A stretch of DNA of 64,000 nucleotides from Acidimicrobiales bacterium (GCA_038255915.1 JBBSKY010000001.1:15268-79267), one strand, 5' to 3'; shown: positions 54,567 to 63,879, numbered from the stretch's first letter. The notes: generated by a model from the letters alone, not told the origin. A program made the numbers and translations.

Positions 54567-56279
54567 CTAGATCGCCTCGGGCGTCGGCGAGCTGGAGCGG
54601 ACGCTCAGCCCCTGCGTCTCCCGCTCCGGCACGCCGTGGGGGCGCTCCGGCGCCAGGTCGGCGGGATCACCCGAGCCCCGTGGCTGCCGGTCGGGCGGCC
54701 CCGGGCCTTCGGCCTGGCGCTCGGCCGGCTCGTTCGGACCCGCGGGGGCCTTGCCGGGCAGGTAGCGCAGGACAAGGCCCACGGCCAGCAGGGCGACGGC
54801 TGCGGCGACGACCAGGGCCAGGTGCATCCCCGAGACGTAGCCCTGCTTCGCCCCGTCGACCAGCTGGCGGGCGGCGTCCGGGTCGGTCTGGCCCAGCCGC
54901 TCGGCCGCCTGCAGCGCCGCCCCGAGGCTCCTGCGAGCCACGTCGCGAACTGGCTCGGGCACCGCCTCGAGATCACCGATCTTGGCGCTGTAGGCCGACT
55001 GCAGCAGCGAACCGAGCACGGCCACCCCGAGGGCGCCGCCCAGCTCGCGGGTGGTGTCGTTCACCGCCGAGCCCACGCCCGACTTCCCGAGGGGGATCGA
55101 GCCCATGATCGACGCCGTCAGCGGCGCCATGGCCACGCCCATGCCCGAGGCCAGCACCACCATCGACAGGGCGATGTAGGGGTAGGGGGTGTCGACCTGG
55201 GCGCCGATGAGCAGGAGCAGCCCGGCCCCGACCAGACCCAGACCGCCGGCCACGGTGAGCTTGGGGCCGAAGCGCACCACCAGCTTGGCCGAGTTCGGGG
55301 CGGTGGCCATGATGGCGAGGGCGATGGGGATCCCCCGCAGGCCGGCGCCGAGCGGGGTGTAGCCGAGCACCAGCTGGAAGTACTGGGTGATGAGGAAGAA
55401 CATCCCGAACATCGTGAAGAAGATGAGCGTGACGCCGCCGGACGCCACCCCGAAGCGGGGGTTCTTGAAGTAGCGCAGGTCGAGCATCGGGTGGTCGCTG
55501 CGCACCTCCCACCAGGCGAACACCGCCAGCACGGCCAGGCCAGCCAGCCCGGTGCCGAGGGTGCGGCTGGAGGCCCACCCGTGGGTGGGGCCTTCGATGA
55601 TGGCGTACACCACGGTCGACAGGCCGACGATGGTGAGGAGGGCGCCGACGGAGTCGAGGCGGGTCTGGGCCGCGTCCTTCGACTTCGGGAGCAGGAAGTG
55701 CCCGGCGACGAGAGCGACGGCGATGATCGGCAGGTTGACGAAGAAGACCGAGCCGTAGGAGAAGTAGTTCAGCAGGAAGCCGCTGGCGATCGGCCCGATG
55801 GCCCCGCCGGCGCCGGAGAGCCCGGCCCAGATGGCGATGGCCCTGGGCCGCTCGTCGGGGGGGAAGACGTTGGCCAGGATCGACAGGGTGCCCGGCATGA
55901 CGAAGGCGGCGCCGATCCCCATGACCGCTCGCATGGCGATGATCCCGCCGGTCGACTCGATCACCCCGGCCAGGAGCGACCCGACGAAGAAGATTCCCAG
56001 GCCCGCCTGGAGGGCGCCCTTGCGGCCGAAGCGGTCACCGATGGCGCCGGCGGTGAGGAGCAGGCCGGCGAAGACCAGGCCGTAGGCGTCGACCATCCAC
56101 TGCAGGGCGGTCTGGCTGGCCCCGAGCTCGCGCTGGATGGTGGGGATGGCGACGTTGAGCGAGGTGTTGCCGACGATGACCACGACCAGGCTGGTGCACA
56201 GGACGGCCAGCACCTGGTAGCGCCGGTCGTAGGACCGTTGGTCGGGTGGTGCCCAGGGGATCGTTGCTGTTCCGGCCAT
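54567..56279 (-). CDS. MFS transporter, DHA2/EmrB-like (about 14 TM)
   Basis: VVIVGNTSLNVAIPTIQRELG, GAIGDRFGRK and many TM segments. Trimmed to MAGTATIPW (ATG at 56279). Confidence 0.88.
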   Translation of the reverse strand: MAGTATIPWAPPDQRSYDRRYQVLAVLCTSLVVVIVGNTSLNVAIPTIQRELGASQTALQWMVDAYGLVFAGLLLTAGAIGDRFGRKGALQAGLGIFFVGSLLAGVIESTGGIIAMRAVMGIGAAFVMPGTLSILANVFPPDERPRAIAIWAGLSGAGGAIGPIASGFLLNYFSYGSVFFVNLPIIAVALVAGHFLLPKSKDAAQTRLDSVGALLTIVGLSTVVYAIIEGPTHGWASSRTLGTGLAGLAVLAVFAWWEVRSDHPMLDLRYFKNPRFGVASGGVTLIFFTMFGMFFLITQYFQLVLGYTPLGAGLRGIPIALAIMATAPNSAKLVVRFGPKLTVAGGLGLVGAGLLLLIGAQVDTPYPYIALSMVVLASGMGVAMAPLTASIMGSIPLGKSGVGSAVNDTTRELGGALGVAVLGSLLQSAYSAKIGDLEAVPEPVRDVARRSLGAALQAAERLGQTDPDAARQLVDGAKQGYVSGMHLALVVAAAVALLAVGLVLRYLPGKAPAGPNEPAERQAEGPGPPDRQPRGSGDPADLAPERPHGVPERETQGLSVRSSSPTPEAI

Positions 56280-56302
56280 CGGATCTCCTCGCTGGGGGAC
56301 TA

Positions 56303-56355
56303 GAACGGAACGGTATCGTCTCGCTGAGACGATACGATACGGTCTCGTTCCGTTC
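56303..56355. promoter_or_regulatory. Nested palindrome upstream of the MFS-TetR operon (candidate TetR operator)
   Basis: GAACGGAAC (56303-56311) pairs with GTTCCGTTC (56347-56355). These enclose GTATCGTCTC-gct-GAGACGATAC (56313-56335), a perfect 10-bp inverted repeat. Confidence 0.5.
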
Positions 56356-56378
56356 ACGTCAACCCCTTTTCCCGGCGG

Positions 56379-57287
56379 CTACAGCGAGGGGGCGTCCTTG
56401 GGCTCGGGCGGGGGCTGGCCGGCGGCCAGGGCCTCGTCGACCTCGAGCTGGCGGGCCAGCTTGGCCACGTGCAGGACGTTGGTCATGACCTCACCGAAGG
56501 CGTCAGGGTCAGCCAGCAGCCAGGAGTGGGAGCCGTCGACGACCTCGCCGCTCTGGCCGATGGCTGCGCAGAGCGCGTCGAAGCTGTGCTTGGGGAGCAC
56601 CTGGTCCTGCACGCTCCACAACAGCACGACCGGGGTCTTGCGCCGCTTCAGCTCTTCGAGCTGGGCCCGCAGGTCGGCCTTGCGGGCCAGCTGGCCCACC
56701 CGCCACAGCGCCATCGGGTTGCGCAGGGCGTTGGGCACCAGGTCCTCGAGCACCGACGGAAGGACGCGGCTGACCTCGAACAGAGGGAACAGCTCGGCCC
56801 GGAAGCGCAGCCCCCAGTCCCACAGCGGCCGCTGAGCCAGGGTGCGGGGGGTGTCGCCGTCGCCCCGCCAGGTGGCTCCGCCGACAGAGTTGACCAGCAC
56901 CAGGTAGCGCACCCGCTCGGGGTGGTCGTGGGCGAACTGGATGGCGCAGCCGCCGCCGAAGGAGTGGCCGACCAGGAAGACCGGCTCGTCGATCTCCATC
57001 ACGTCGCAGAACTCGCTGACCCAGGCGGCGTAGCCCTCGAAGTCCGGATCGGAGCCGGGGAGATCGGCGGTGCCGCCGAAGCCGGGCAGCGCGGGGGCAT
57101 AGACACGGCAGCCCAGGAGCACCAGGCGCTTCAGGGCCCGCTTGTAGGCGTGCTGACCCAGGGCCCAGCCGTGCAGGAACAGCACCGGCAGGCCTTCGCC
57201 GGCCACCCCGTAGAGCGCGGCCCGACCGGCCACCGTGGTCTCCATCCAGACCAGGTGGTCCTCACGACCTCGGGCGGGGGCGGCCAT
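56379..57287 (-). CDS. Alpha/beta-fold hydrolase
   Basis: LPVLFLHGWA and the GHSFGG nucleophile elbow. The start is at the ATG at 57287 or at METTVAG about 42 nt downstream. Confidence 0.8.
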   Translation of the reverse strand: MAAPARGREDHLVWMETTVAGRAALYGVAGEGLPVLFLHGWALGQHAYKRALKRLVLLGCRVYAPALPGFGGTADLPGSDPDFEGYAAWVSEFCDVMEIDEPVFLVGHSFGGGCAIQFAHDHPERVRYLVLVNSVGGATWRGDGDTPRTLAQRPLWDWGLRFRAELFPLFEVSRVLPSVLEDLVPNALRNPMALWRVGQLARKADLRAQLEELKRRKTPVVLLWSVQDQVLPKHSFDALCAAIGQSGEVVDGSHSWLLADPDAFGEVMTNVLHVAKLARQLEVDEALAAGQPPPEPKDAPSL

Positions 57288-57327
57288 GGCAGCCCCGGAG
57301 GCTATCGGGGTGTGAAACCCCGGCCGG

Positions 57328-57594
57328 CTACGCCGTGCGCTGGGCCAGCAGGGCCTTGCGCTCGACCTCGTTGGTGCCGCCCCAGATGCCGTGCAGCTCC
57401 CGGATGGCGATGGCGTGCTCGAGGCAGGCCTTGCGGACCGGGCAGCCCTGGCAGATGGCCTTGGCCCGCCGCTCGCGCTGCTCCTTGTCGTCTTTGCGCT
57501 CGAAGCTGCTGGGCGGGAAGAACATGGTCGTGCCCTGCGGGCCACGGCACGCGGCCTTCACCTGCCAGTCCTCGACCTTTTGCGCTGCGCTCAT
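57328..57594 (-). CDS. WhiB-family (Wbl) transcriptional regulator
   Basis: 88 aa. C..(29)..CxxCxxxxxC arrangement (AACRG...ICQGCPVRKAC) and GIWGG turn. Confidence 0.88.
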   Translation of the reverse strand: MSAAQKVEDWQVKAACRGPQGTTMFFPPSSFERKDDKEQRERRAKAICQGCPVRKACLEHAIAIRELHGIWGGTNEVERKALLAQRTA

Positions 57595-57708
57595 GAAACC
57601 GTGCTCATAAGAAGGACTCCCCCACCGCCGTGCCGGCTACCGCCCGCCGAAACGTATCTGTTGGCTGGGGCCGCGGACAAGAGGCAACTTTCGCGAGCGC
57701 GCCTCGTT

Positions 57709-59001
57709 TCAGCCTTGTGACCTGCGGCTTTGGCGCTTCTCGGCGTGCGAGGGTTCCAGCTCGGTGCCCTCGGGGATGACCTCGAGGACAAGCCCCTCGA
57801 TGGCCACGACCTCGATGGACTGGCCCGCGGCGATGGGCTTGGGGAAGGTGCGGGCCCGCCACGGCGCCCCCCGGACCTCGATGGTGCCTTCGGGATCGAT
57901 GGCCGTGGTGGCGGTGCCGACGGCGCCCACCAGGTCCTCGCGGCCGATGGTCGGGGTGGAGAACCGGGTGCGCACCGTGGAAGGGATGCCGAACAGCACG
58001 GCGAGGAGCCCGCCGCCGATCACCAGCCCCAGGGCCAACCACCCGGGCCGGCGCCCGTCGAACATCGTCAGGCTGCCCATGACCAGGGCGACGGTGCCCA
58101 CCCCGGTCCAGAAGCGGGGCGAGCCAGCCTGGATGTCGACCCCGAAGGCCACGACGGCGAGCAGGGTGAGGCCGAGGCCGAGCGGCTGGGTGTCGAGGCT
58201 GCCGACGCCGTAGGCCGACAGGGCCAGGCACACCGCCCCTGTGCCGGCGGCGATCCCGATGCCGGCCGAGAAGAACTCGAACAGGACCAGGAGAAGCCCG
58301 GCGACGACGAAGAAGTAGGCGGCCGAAGGACTGCCGAGGCCGTGCAGGGTGCGGTCGACCAGCCCGGGCTTGCGGAACCGGATGTCGAGGTCGTCTCGCA
58401 GCACGAAGGGCGACTTGGACTGGGCGGTGGAGATCGACTGGCCCTTGGCCTCACGACCGTCGAGCTGGCCGATGAAGTCGGACAGGGTGGGGGCGACGAT
58501 GTCGACCAGGCCGAGCTGGCGGGCGTCTTCGGGGCCGACCGTCCGGTTCCGCAGGCCCAGGGACGGGGGCTCGGCCAGCCTGCCGACCTCGGTGCCATCG
58601 GCCATCCCGGCGACGTCGGCCCGCGCAACCAGGAGGGCAGGCAGGCCCACGGCCCGGCCGGCGCCGGTGGGGCCGACCCACACCGTCACCGGCACCCGCG
58701 AGTCGGCGAAGAGGGACCCGAGGGCGGCCACCTCGGCGGCGGGCACCGTTGCGTCGCCGCTGTCCAGCTGGATGACCACGGCGGTGGTCCCCCGGCCAGG
58801 GGCCTCCCGGATCGAGCGCCGGATGAGCTCGGCGTTGATCGGGTCGAGGAGGCCGCCCACCTGGACGACATCGAGGGCCGGCCGGGGGCCGGGCGGGGTC
58901 TGGGCCGCGGCGGGACGGGCCAGGGCGAGGCTCACGAGCAGCCCGCAGGCCGCCAGTAGGGTCCTCATGAGTGGAACCGGCGGCATTCTGCGCGTTGACA
59001 C
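57709..59001 (-). CDS. NfeD-like membrane protein (ClpP-class N-terminal domain, TM core, C-terminal OB-like domain)
   Basis: Signal sequence, periplasmic ClpP/SppA-like region (VVQVGGLLDPINAELIRRSI...VVIQLDSGD), four or five TM segments, and C-terminal EVRGAPWRARTF...IEVVAIEGLVLEV. Confidence 0.7.
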   Translation of the reverse strand: MSTRRMPPVPLMRTLLAACGLLVSLALARPAAAQTPPGPRPALDVVQVGGLLDPINAELIRRSIREAPGRGTTAVVIQLDSGDATVPAAEVAALGSLFADSRVPVTVWVGPTGAGRAVGLPALLVARADVAGMADGTEVGRLAEPPSLGLRNRTVGPEDARQLGLVDIVAPTLSDFIGQLDGREAKGQSISTAQSKSPFVLRDDLDIRFRKPGLVDRTLHGLGSPSAAYFFVVAGLLLVLFEFFSAGIGIAAGTGAVCLALSAYGVGSLDTQPLGLGLTLLAVVAFGVDIQAGSPRFWTGVGTVALVMGSLTMFDGRRPGWLALGLVIGGGLLAVLFGIPSTVRTRFSTPTIGREDLVGAVGTATTAIDPEGTIEVRGAPWRARTFPKPIAAGQSIEVVAIEGLVLEVIPEGTELEPSHAEKRQSRRSQG

Positions 59002-59942
59002 GGCTCCTGATAGTCGCCGGGAAGGGCGGCGTCGGCAAGACGACGGTCACGGCCACGGTGGCGGCGATGGCCGCCGACGCCGGCCTGACGACCTGCATCA
59101 TCGAGGTCGAGGGCAAGTCGGGGCTGGGTTCGATGTTCGGCCGGCCGGGGCCGCTGCCCTACGAGGAGGTGGTGCTGCGGGCCGGCGGCGGGCCGGGCGG
59201 GGCGGCCGACGTGCTGGCCCGCACCATCGACCCGGAGGCGGCGCTGGTCGAGTACCTCGAGGACCACGGGCTGCGCCGCCTGTCGAAGCGGCTGGCGGCC
59301 ACCGGGGCCATCGACGTGGCCGCCACCGCCGCCCCGGGCATCAAGGACATCCTCGTGCTCGGCAAGGTGAAGCAGATGGAGCGGGCCGGCGAGTTCGACC
59401 TGCTCCTGCTCGACGCCCCCGCGGCCGGGCACGCCCTCACCTTCCTCACCAGCGCCCGGGGGCTGCTCGACGCCGTGAGGGTCGGGCCCATCCGGGCCCA
59501 GGCCGAGGACGTCCTCGAGCTGCTGGCCGACGCCTCCCGCTGCCAGGTGCTGCTCGTGACCCTGCCCGAGGAGACGCCGGTGAACGAGGTGGTCGAGGCG
59601 GCGTTCGCCCTCGAGGACCGGGTGGGCATCTCCCTCGCTCCCGTGGTCGTGAACGGGCTGTACGAGCCGCTTGACCTGGTCGACGACGCCGCCGCGGCGG
59701 CCGCCGAGGCGGGCATCACGCTGGGGCCCTCGCGACTGGCAGCGCTGGAGGCGGCGGCCGCCTTCCGCCGCCAGCGCCAGGCGATGCAGGCCGAGCAGGT
59801 CGAGCGGCTCCGGGCCGCCCTGCCCCTCCCCCAGCTGTGCCTGCCCTACGTCTTCTCCGGCGAGGTGGGCCCGGCCGAGATCGACCACCTGGCCGCCGCC
59901 TTCGCCACCAGCGTGGCCGCCCTTGGCAACTGCCGGGAGTAG
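58971..59942 (+). CDS. ArsA/Get3-like P-loop ATPase (copy 1)
   Basis: LLIVAGKGGVGKTTV (deviant Walker A), LLLDAPAAGHAL, VTLPEETPVNE. The true start may be the TTG at 58994. Confidence 0.8.
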   Translation: MEPAAFCALTRLLIVAGKGGVGKTTVTATVAAMAADAGLTTCIIEVEGKSGLGSMFGRPGPLPYEEVVLRAGGGPGGAADVLARTIDPEAALVEYLEDHGLRRLSKRLAATGAIDVAATAAPGIKDILVLGKVKQMERAGEFDLLLLDAPAAGHALTFLTSARGLLDAVRVGPIRAQAEDVLELLADASRCQVLLVTLPEETPVNEVVEAAFALEDRVGISLAPVVVNGLYEPLDLVDDAAAAAAEAGITLGPSRLAALEAAAAFRRQRQAMQAEQVERLRAALPLPQLCLPYVFSGEVGPAEIDHLAAAFATSVAALGNCRE

Positions 59943-59983
59943 GTGTCGCTGGGCGGCTCCCTGCTCCCGGCAGCTCGGCGGGG

Positions 59984-61063
59984 TCAACCCGGGAAGAGGG
60001 CGGCGCCGACGAGGCGCAGGCCGTCGAGGTCGTGCACGTCGCCCGGCAGGAAGGGCACGGTGACGGTGGGCGCCCCGGCCAGCTTCTGGGTGAGGCCGGC
60101 CAGGTGGGCCCGCTCCCGCCCGGCGACGGCGTCGAGCTCGGCCAGGTTCCGCTCGAGCCGGCCGAGGGCCGACGCCTCGGGTGCGGGCCTGCCACCCCTG
60201 GGCGGCAGGCCCGCACCGAACGCCGGGTGGACCCGGTTGACAACCAGCGCCTGGACGGTGATGTTGGCCTCGCCCAGCTTCTCGGCGAAGAAGAGGGCCT
60301 CGTCGACGGCGTCGCGCCGGGGCGAGGCGACCAGGACGAAGGCGGTGCTCGGGTCCTCGAGGAGGTCGTACACGGCCTTGGCCCGCTCCCGGAACCCCTC
60401 CTCCATCCCCTCGAAGGCGGTGAAGAAGGCCAGGACGTCGGCCACCACCTCGCCGCCGACGACCCGGGTGATGGCCCGCAGGAACGCCTGGGCGGCGATG
60501 GCCACGGCCCGGAGGTAGCTGCGGGCCGGCATGGTGAGCAGCCGGAACAGCTTGTGGTCGAGGAAGCGGGTGAGCCGGCGGGGGGCGTCGAGGAAGTCGA
60601 GGGCGTTGCGGGTCGGCGGGGTGTCGACGATGACCAGGTCGAAGCGGCCGTCGGCGTGGAGATCGTGCAGCTTCTCCATCGCCATGTACTCCTGGGTGCC
60701 TGACAGCGACCCGGAGATGTTCCGGTAGATCCGGTTGGCCAAGATGGTCTCGGCCTGCTCGGGCGAGGCGGCGTGGCGGCGGACGACGTCGTCGAAGGTG
60801 GCCGTGGTGTCGAGCATCATCGCCCACAGCTCGCCGCCGTCCCGGCCGGCGCCGGCCACCCGGCTGGGCTCGTTGGTGAGGGCGTCGAGGCCCAGGGCGT
60901 CGGCCAGGCGCTTGGCCGGGTCGATGGTCACCACGCAGGCCCTCCGGCCCCGGTCGGCGGCCGCCACGGCCACCGCCGCCGCCGCGGTGGTCTTGCCCAC
61001 GCCGCCCGACCCGCAGCAGACGATGATCGACCGCTCGGCGGCGATCTCGTCGAGGGAGGCCAC
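59984..61063 (-). CDS. ArsA/Get3-like P-loop ATPase (copy 2)
   Basis: IIVCCGSGGVGKTTAAA, TIDPAKRLADALG, DLVIVDTPPTRNALDFL, VLVASPRRDAVDEA. Confidence 0.85.
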   Translation of the reverse strand: MASLDEIAAERSIIVCCGSGGVGKTTAAAAVAVAAADRGRRACVVTIDPAKRLADALGLDALTNEPSRVAGAGRDGGELWAMMLDTTATFDDVVRRHAASPEQAETILANRIYRNISGSLSGTQEYMAMEKLHDLHADGRFDLVIVDTPPTRNALDFLDAPRRLTRFLDHKLFRLLTMPARSYLRAVAIAAQAFLRAITRVVGGEVVADVLAFFTAFEGMEEGFRERAKAVYDLLEDPSTAFVLVASPRRDAVDEALFFAEKLGEANITVQALVVNRVHPAFGAGLPPRGGRPAPEASALGRLERNLAELDAVAGRERAHLAGLTQKLAGAPTVTVPFLPGDVHDLDGLRLVGAALFPG

Positions 61064-61167
61064 CGGCCCTGTCTACAGCAGGGCTCTGCCTCCTCCGGAC
61101 GGGCGACCGGCGCCAGGATCCGCACGGAGGGTGTCGGCCACCCCCAGATCAGGCCGCCGGGAAGGTC

Positions 61168-61518
61168 TCAGCTGGCGGGCTCGGCCGGCCGGAGGGCGGC
61201 GGCGGCCTCCTCCAGGGTGTCGGCCACGGTGACGATGCGGTCGAAGCCGGTGGTGCGCAGCAGCCGGACGAGGGTGGGCCGGTTGCAGCAGACGCTGACG
61301 TCGCCGCCCAGCTCGCGGGCCCGGCGGATGCCGCCGATCAGGGCGCCGAGGCCGGCCGAGTCGACGAACGGCACGCTGGACATGTCGATGATCAGTCGTG
61401 GCGTGGAGGCCAGCTCGGCCAGCGCCTGACGGAACTGGCTGACCGTGAAGGCGTCCAGCTCTCCCACCGGCCGGCAGACCTTGAAGCCGTTGACCTCGTC
61501 GAGCTGGATATCGAGCAC
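61168..61518 (-). CDS. STAS-domain anti-sigma-factor antagonist (SpoIIAA-like)
   Basis: 116 aa. ...IIDMSSVPFVDSAGLGALIGG... carries the conserved phosphorylatable Ser context. Confidence 0.8.
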   Translation of the reverse strand: MLDIQLDEVNGFKVCRPVGELDAFTVSQFRQALAELASTPRLIIDMSSVPFVDSAGLGALIGGIRRARELGGDVSVCCNRPTLVRLLRTTGFDRIVTVADTLEEAAAALRPAEPAS

Positions 61519-61562
61519 GGCGAGGATGGTACCCGTGGACCTGCCGCCGCTACCCTGGGCTC

Positions 61563-61979
61563 GTGCCGGACGTCCTCGTCGCCAGTGATGCCGAGTGGGT
61601 GTACCAGGAGGTCCTCCAGGTGCTGCGGGGCCCCGACCTCGCCGTCCGCTGGGTCCGATCCGGTCCTGAGGCCATCGCTGCGGTGACCGAGCGCACCCCC
61701 GACCTGGCCGTCCTCGACCTCCAGATCGGCAACATGGGGGCCATGGCCATCAGCCTCGAGCTGCACCTCGAGGAGGGCATGGGCCGCCTCCCCCACGTCC
61801 CCATCCTGATCCTGCTCGACCGCCGGCCCGACGTCTTCCTGGCCCGCCGCAGCGGCGCCCAGGGCTTCGTGGTCAAGCCGCTCGACCCGATCCGCCTCCG
61901 CAAGGCCGTCACCGCCCTCCTCGCCGGCGGCACCTACGAGGACGAAAGCTACAAGCCGCCCACGGTCCTGCCCGCCTGA
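61563..61979 (+). CDS. Single-domain response-regulator receiver protein
   Basis: DLAVLDLQIGNMGA (phospho-acceptor Asp context) and GAQGFVVKPLD (conserved Lys-Pro). The N-terminal acidic pair is reduced to SD. Confidence 0.7.
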   Translation: MPDVLVASDAEWVYQEVLQVLRGPDLAVRWVRSGPEAIAAVTERTPDLAVLDLQIGNMGAMAISLELHLEEGMGRLPHVPILILLDRRPDVFLARRSGAQGFVVKPLDPIRLRKAVTALLAGGTYEDESYKPPTVLPA

Positions 61980-62020
61980 GGTGTAACGTCAGTCCGCCCC
62001 CGCCACCGGGGCCTTCACAA

Positions 62021-62097
62021 CGGGGTGTGGCGCAGTTTGGCAGCGCGCTGCGTTCGGGACGCAGAGGTCCCGGGTTCAAATCCCGGCACCCCGACCA
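62021..62097 (+). tRNA. tRNA-Pro (anticodon CGG), CCA encoded
   Basis: Hand-folded cloverleaf. Acceptor CGGGGTG/CACCCCG, D arm GCGC..GCGC, anticodon stem CTGCG/CGCAG with loop TTCGGGA (CGG at 62055-62057), T arm CCGGG-TTCAAAT-CCCGG, discriminator A, CCA. Confidence 0.9.
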
Positions 62098-62297
62098 CAG
62101 GAGATGCACAAACCGCAGGTCAGGGGCCCTTTCGGGGGCCTCTCGATTTGTCCGGGGTTGACCGTGACAACCCCCTGCGTGCCACTCCATCTGGCACGGG
62201 AGTGGCACGCGTGTGGCACGGGAGTGACCGCCAGTGACCACGACGATCCGCCGTGCCGCGGGCTGCTTGATCGGAGGGCGCACCGATGGCCGGTCCT

Positions 62298-62834
62298 CTA
62301 CCTCAGGTGGCCCTCAACACGTTCGAGGAGGGCAGTCGGGAACGGGTGCTCGATCCATTGCTGCTTGTAACCCTTCTCCCCCCACTCGTCGAGCACCGCC
62401 CGAAGCCCGACGGCGAAGCTCTGGGCCATCTCATTCAGGGACGTCCGTGCTTCGAAGACGACAGTCCCCTCGGCGTCTGGCTGAGGAGGCCAGGAGTCAG
62501 GAAAGGCCAGGACCTTCAGCGTCACATCGTCGGCCTCCCGCCGGAAGAGCCAGCGGTACTCCCCGGGCTCCTGCTCCCAAGAGGCGGTGGCCGCAATATC
62601 ACCGTCCTGAAGTTGTGCGAGCGCAAGGAGCAGCTCCCCCACGGTGTCGGAAAGATACGAGGCCGACAGCTCGGTCCAGTCGTCTCCATGTGCCAGACGT
62701 GCATCGGCCCAGCCAGACCCGGTCAGGCGGTAAGAGAACTCCACCAGCGCAGATTGCCCGCTCTCGAGCAGCCCGGTCACATTCGGTCCCGAACCGGGAG
62801 AAGTCCCGGTGGAGGTTCCCCTTACGGGATGCAC
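62298..62834 (-). CDS. Hypothetical protein (no recognisable family) in a locally less GC-rich patch
   Basis: 178-aa ORF with normal amino-acid composition (..FSYRLTGSGWADARLAHGDDWTELSASYL..EPGEYRWLFRREADDVTLKV..). The start is uncertain. Confidence 0.4.
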   Translation of the reverse strand: MHPVRGTSTGTSPGSGPNVTGLLESGQSALVEFSYRLTGSGWADARLAHGDDWTELSASYLSDTVGELLLALAQLQDGDIAATASWEQEPGEYRWLFRREADDVTLKVLAFPDSWPPQPDAEGTVVFEARTSLNEMAQSFAVGLRAVLDEWGEKGYKQQWIEHPFPTALLERVEGHLR

Positions 62835-62884
62835 CGCTTGCGACAGCGGACTGCGGATGCACAGCAGCGACGGTGCTATCGCCG

Positions 62885-63748
62885 TCAGAGCTCGATGCTG
62901 GCGGCATCGACGATTCGGGTGGTGTAGCGGCCGAGGTCGGGATGGGCGGCCTCGGCGGCCTCGTTGACGTCTCGGAGCACTCGAGGCTGACGGCGGTCAC
63001 CGATCCATCGTCGTGTCGGGCGGTGAGTTGCCAGCGGTCACCGTTGGCCACCCACGCTCCGGTGGTGGTCACGAGCTGGCGGTTGTTGCGGAGAGTCATG
63101 ATGTCGTCGCCGACGCCGACCACCTGGCCCCGGGCCGCGGGGAGGCCGTCAGCTTCGACGAGGCCGGCGGCCACGAGGTGAGCTCGGGCCAGCATGGCGA
63201 GCTGGTCGACGGTGTCGTGGTCGCCGGCCAACACGAGCCTCCCACGGCTGGCTGAAGCGGCGGATGGTGTCGAGCTCGGCGGCATGGGTGTCGTGCGCCA
63301 GGAGGCGGAACAGGCCCCCTGGGCCGACCGGTCCCAGCTGGCGGGGATCGCCCACCAACGCCACCTTCGCCCCAGACTCCACGGCCTGACCGACCAGGCG
63401 GGCCACATCGGGGGTCGACGCCATGCCCGCCTCATCGACGAAGACGACCTCACCAGCGGCGAGGCGGTCGGCCGTGTGGATGTGGCGGGCGATCGTGTCA
63501 GCCGGCATGCCGGCCTGCTCGTTGAGGACCCGGGCGGCAGACGCCGACACGGTCAAGCCGCGGACCGGGTGGCCAGCCTCGGTGAAGGCGGCGGCGGCGG
63601 CCAGGGACCGGCTCTTGCCGGCGCCGGCCGGACCGACCAGGCACACCACCTGCTCGCCGCCCGCGCACAGGCGGACCACCGCCCGGGCCTGATCGGCCCC
63701 CAACCCGGCCGCCTCGGCGTGCATCCGGGCCTGGCCGGCGGCGACCAC
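62885..63748 (-). pseudogene. Remnant of a TraA/TrwC-associated (MobF-type) RecD-like helicase domain; frameshifted and truncated at both ends
   Basis: Frame A: VCLVGPAGAGKS, VFVDEAGM, LVGDPRQLGPV, DTIRRF. Frame B, after a shift near 63245: LVLAGDHDTV...VGVGDDIMTLRNNRQL...NGDRWQL. A third frame carries the final 30 codons. No relaxase domain is present. Confidence 0.6.
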
Positions 63749-63879
63749 AGCGACGCCGGCGGTCCCCTGGCTGTATCCATACGCCGCCGGGCCGGTTGTC
63801 GCCGGTGGCGGTTCGGCCGTGCGGGGCGGGACCGTGTGCGGCGCGACCGTGCGCGGTTGAGCGATGGGGGAAGGCTGGT

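Noticed and set aside
58971-59001. 31-nt divergent overlap of the ArsA-like copy 1 start with the nfeD start
   Set aside because: This is probably a start-codon artefact of the ORF track. A TTG at 58994 or nearby would shorten or remove the overlap, so it is not treated as a biological feature.
62025-62370. 70-aa and 88-aa plus-strand ORFs next to or over tRNA-Pro, considered as integrase or excisionase fragments
   Set aside because: One overlaps the tRNA itself. Neither shows tyrosine or serine recombinase motifs or HTH motifs.
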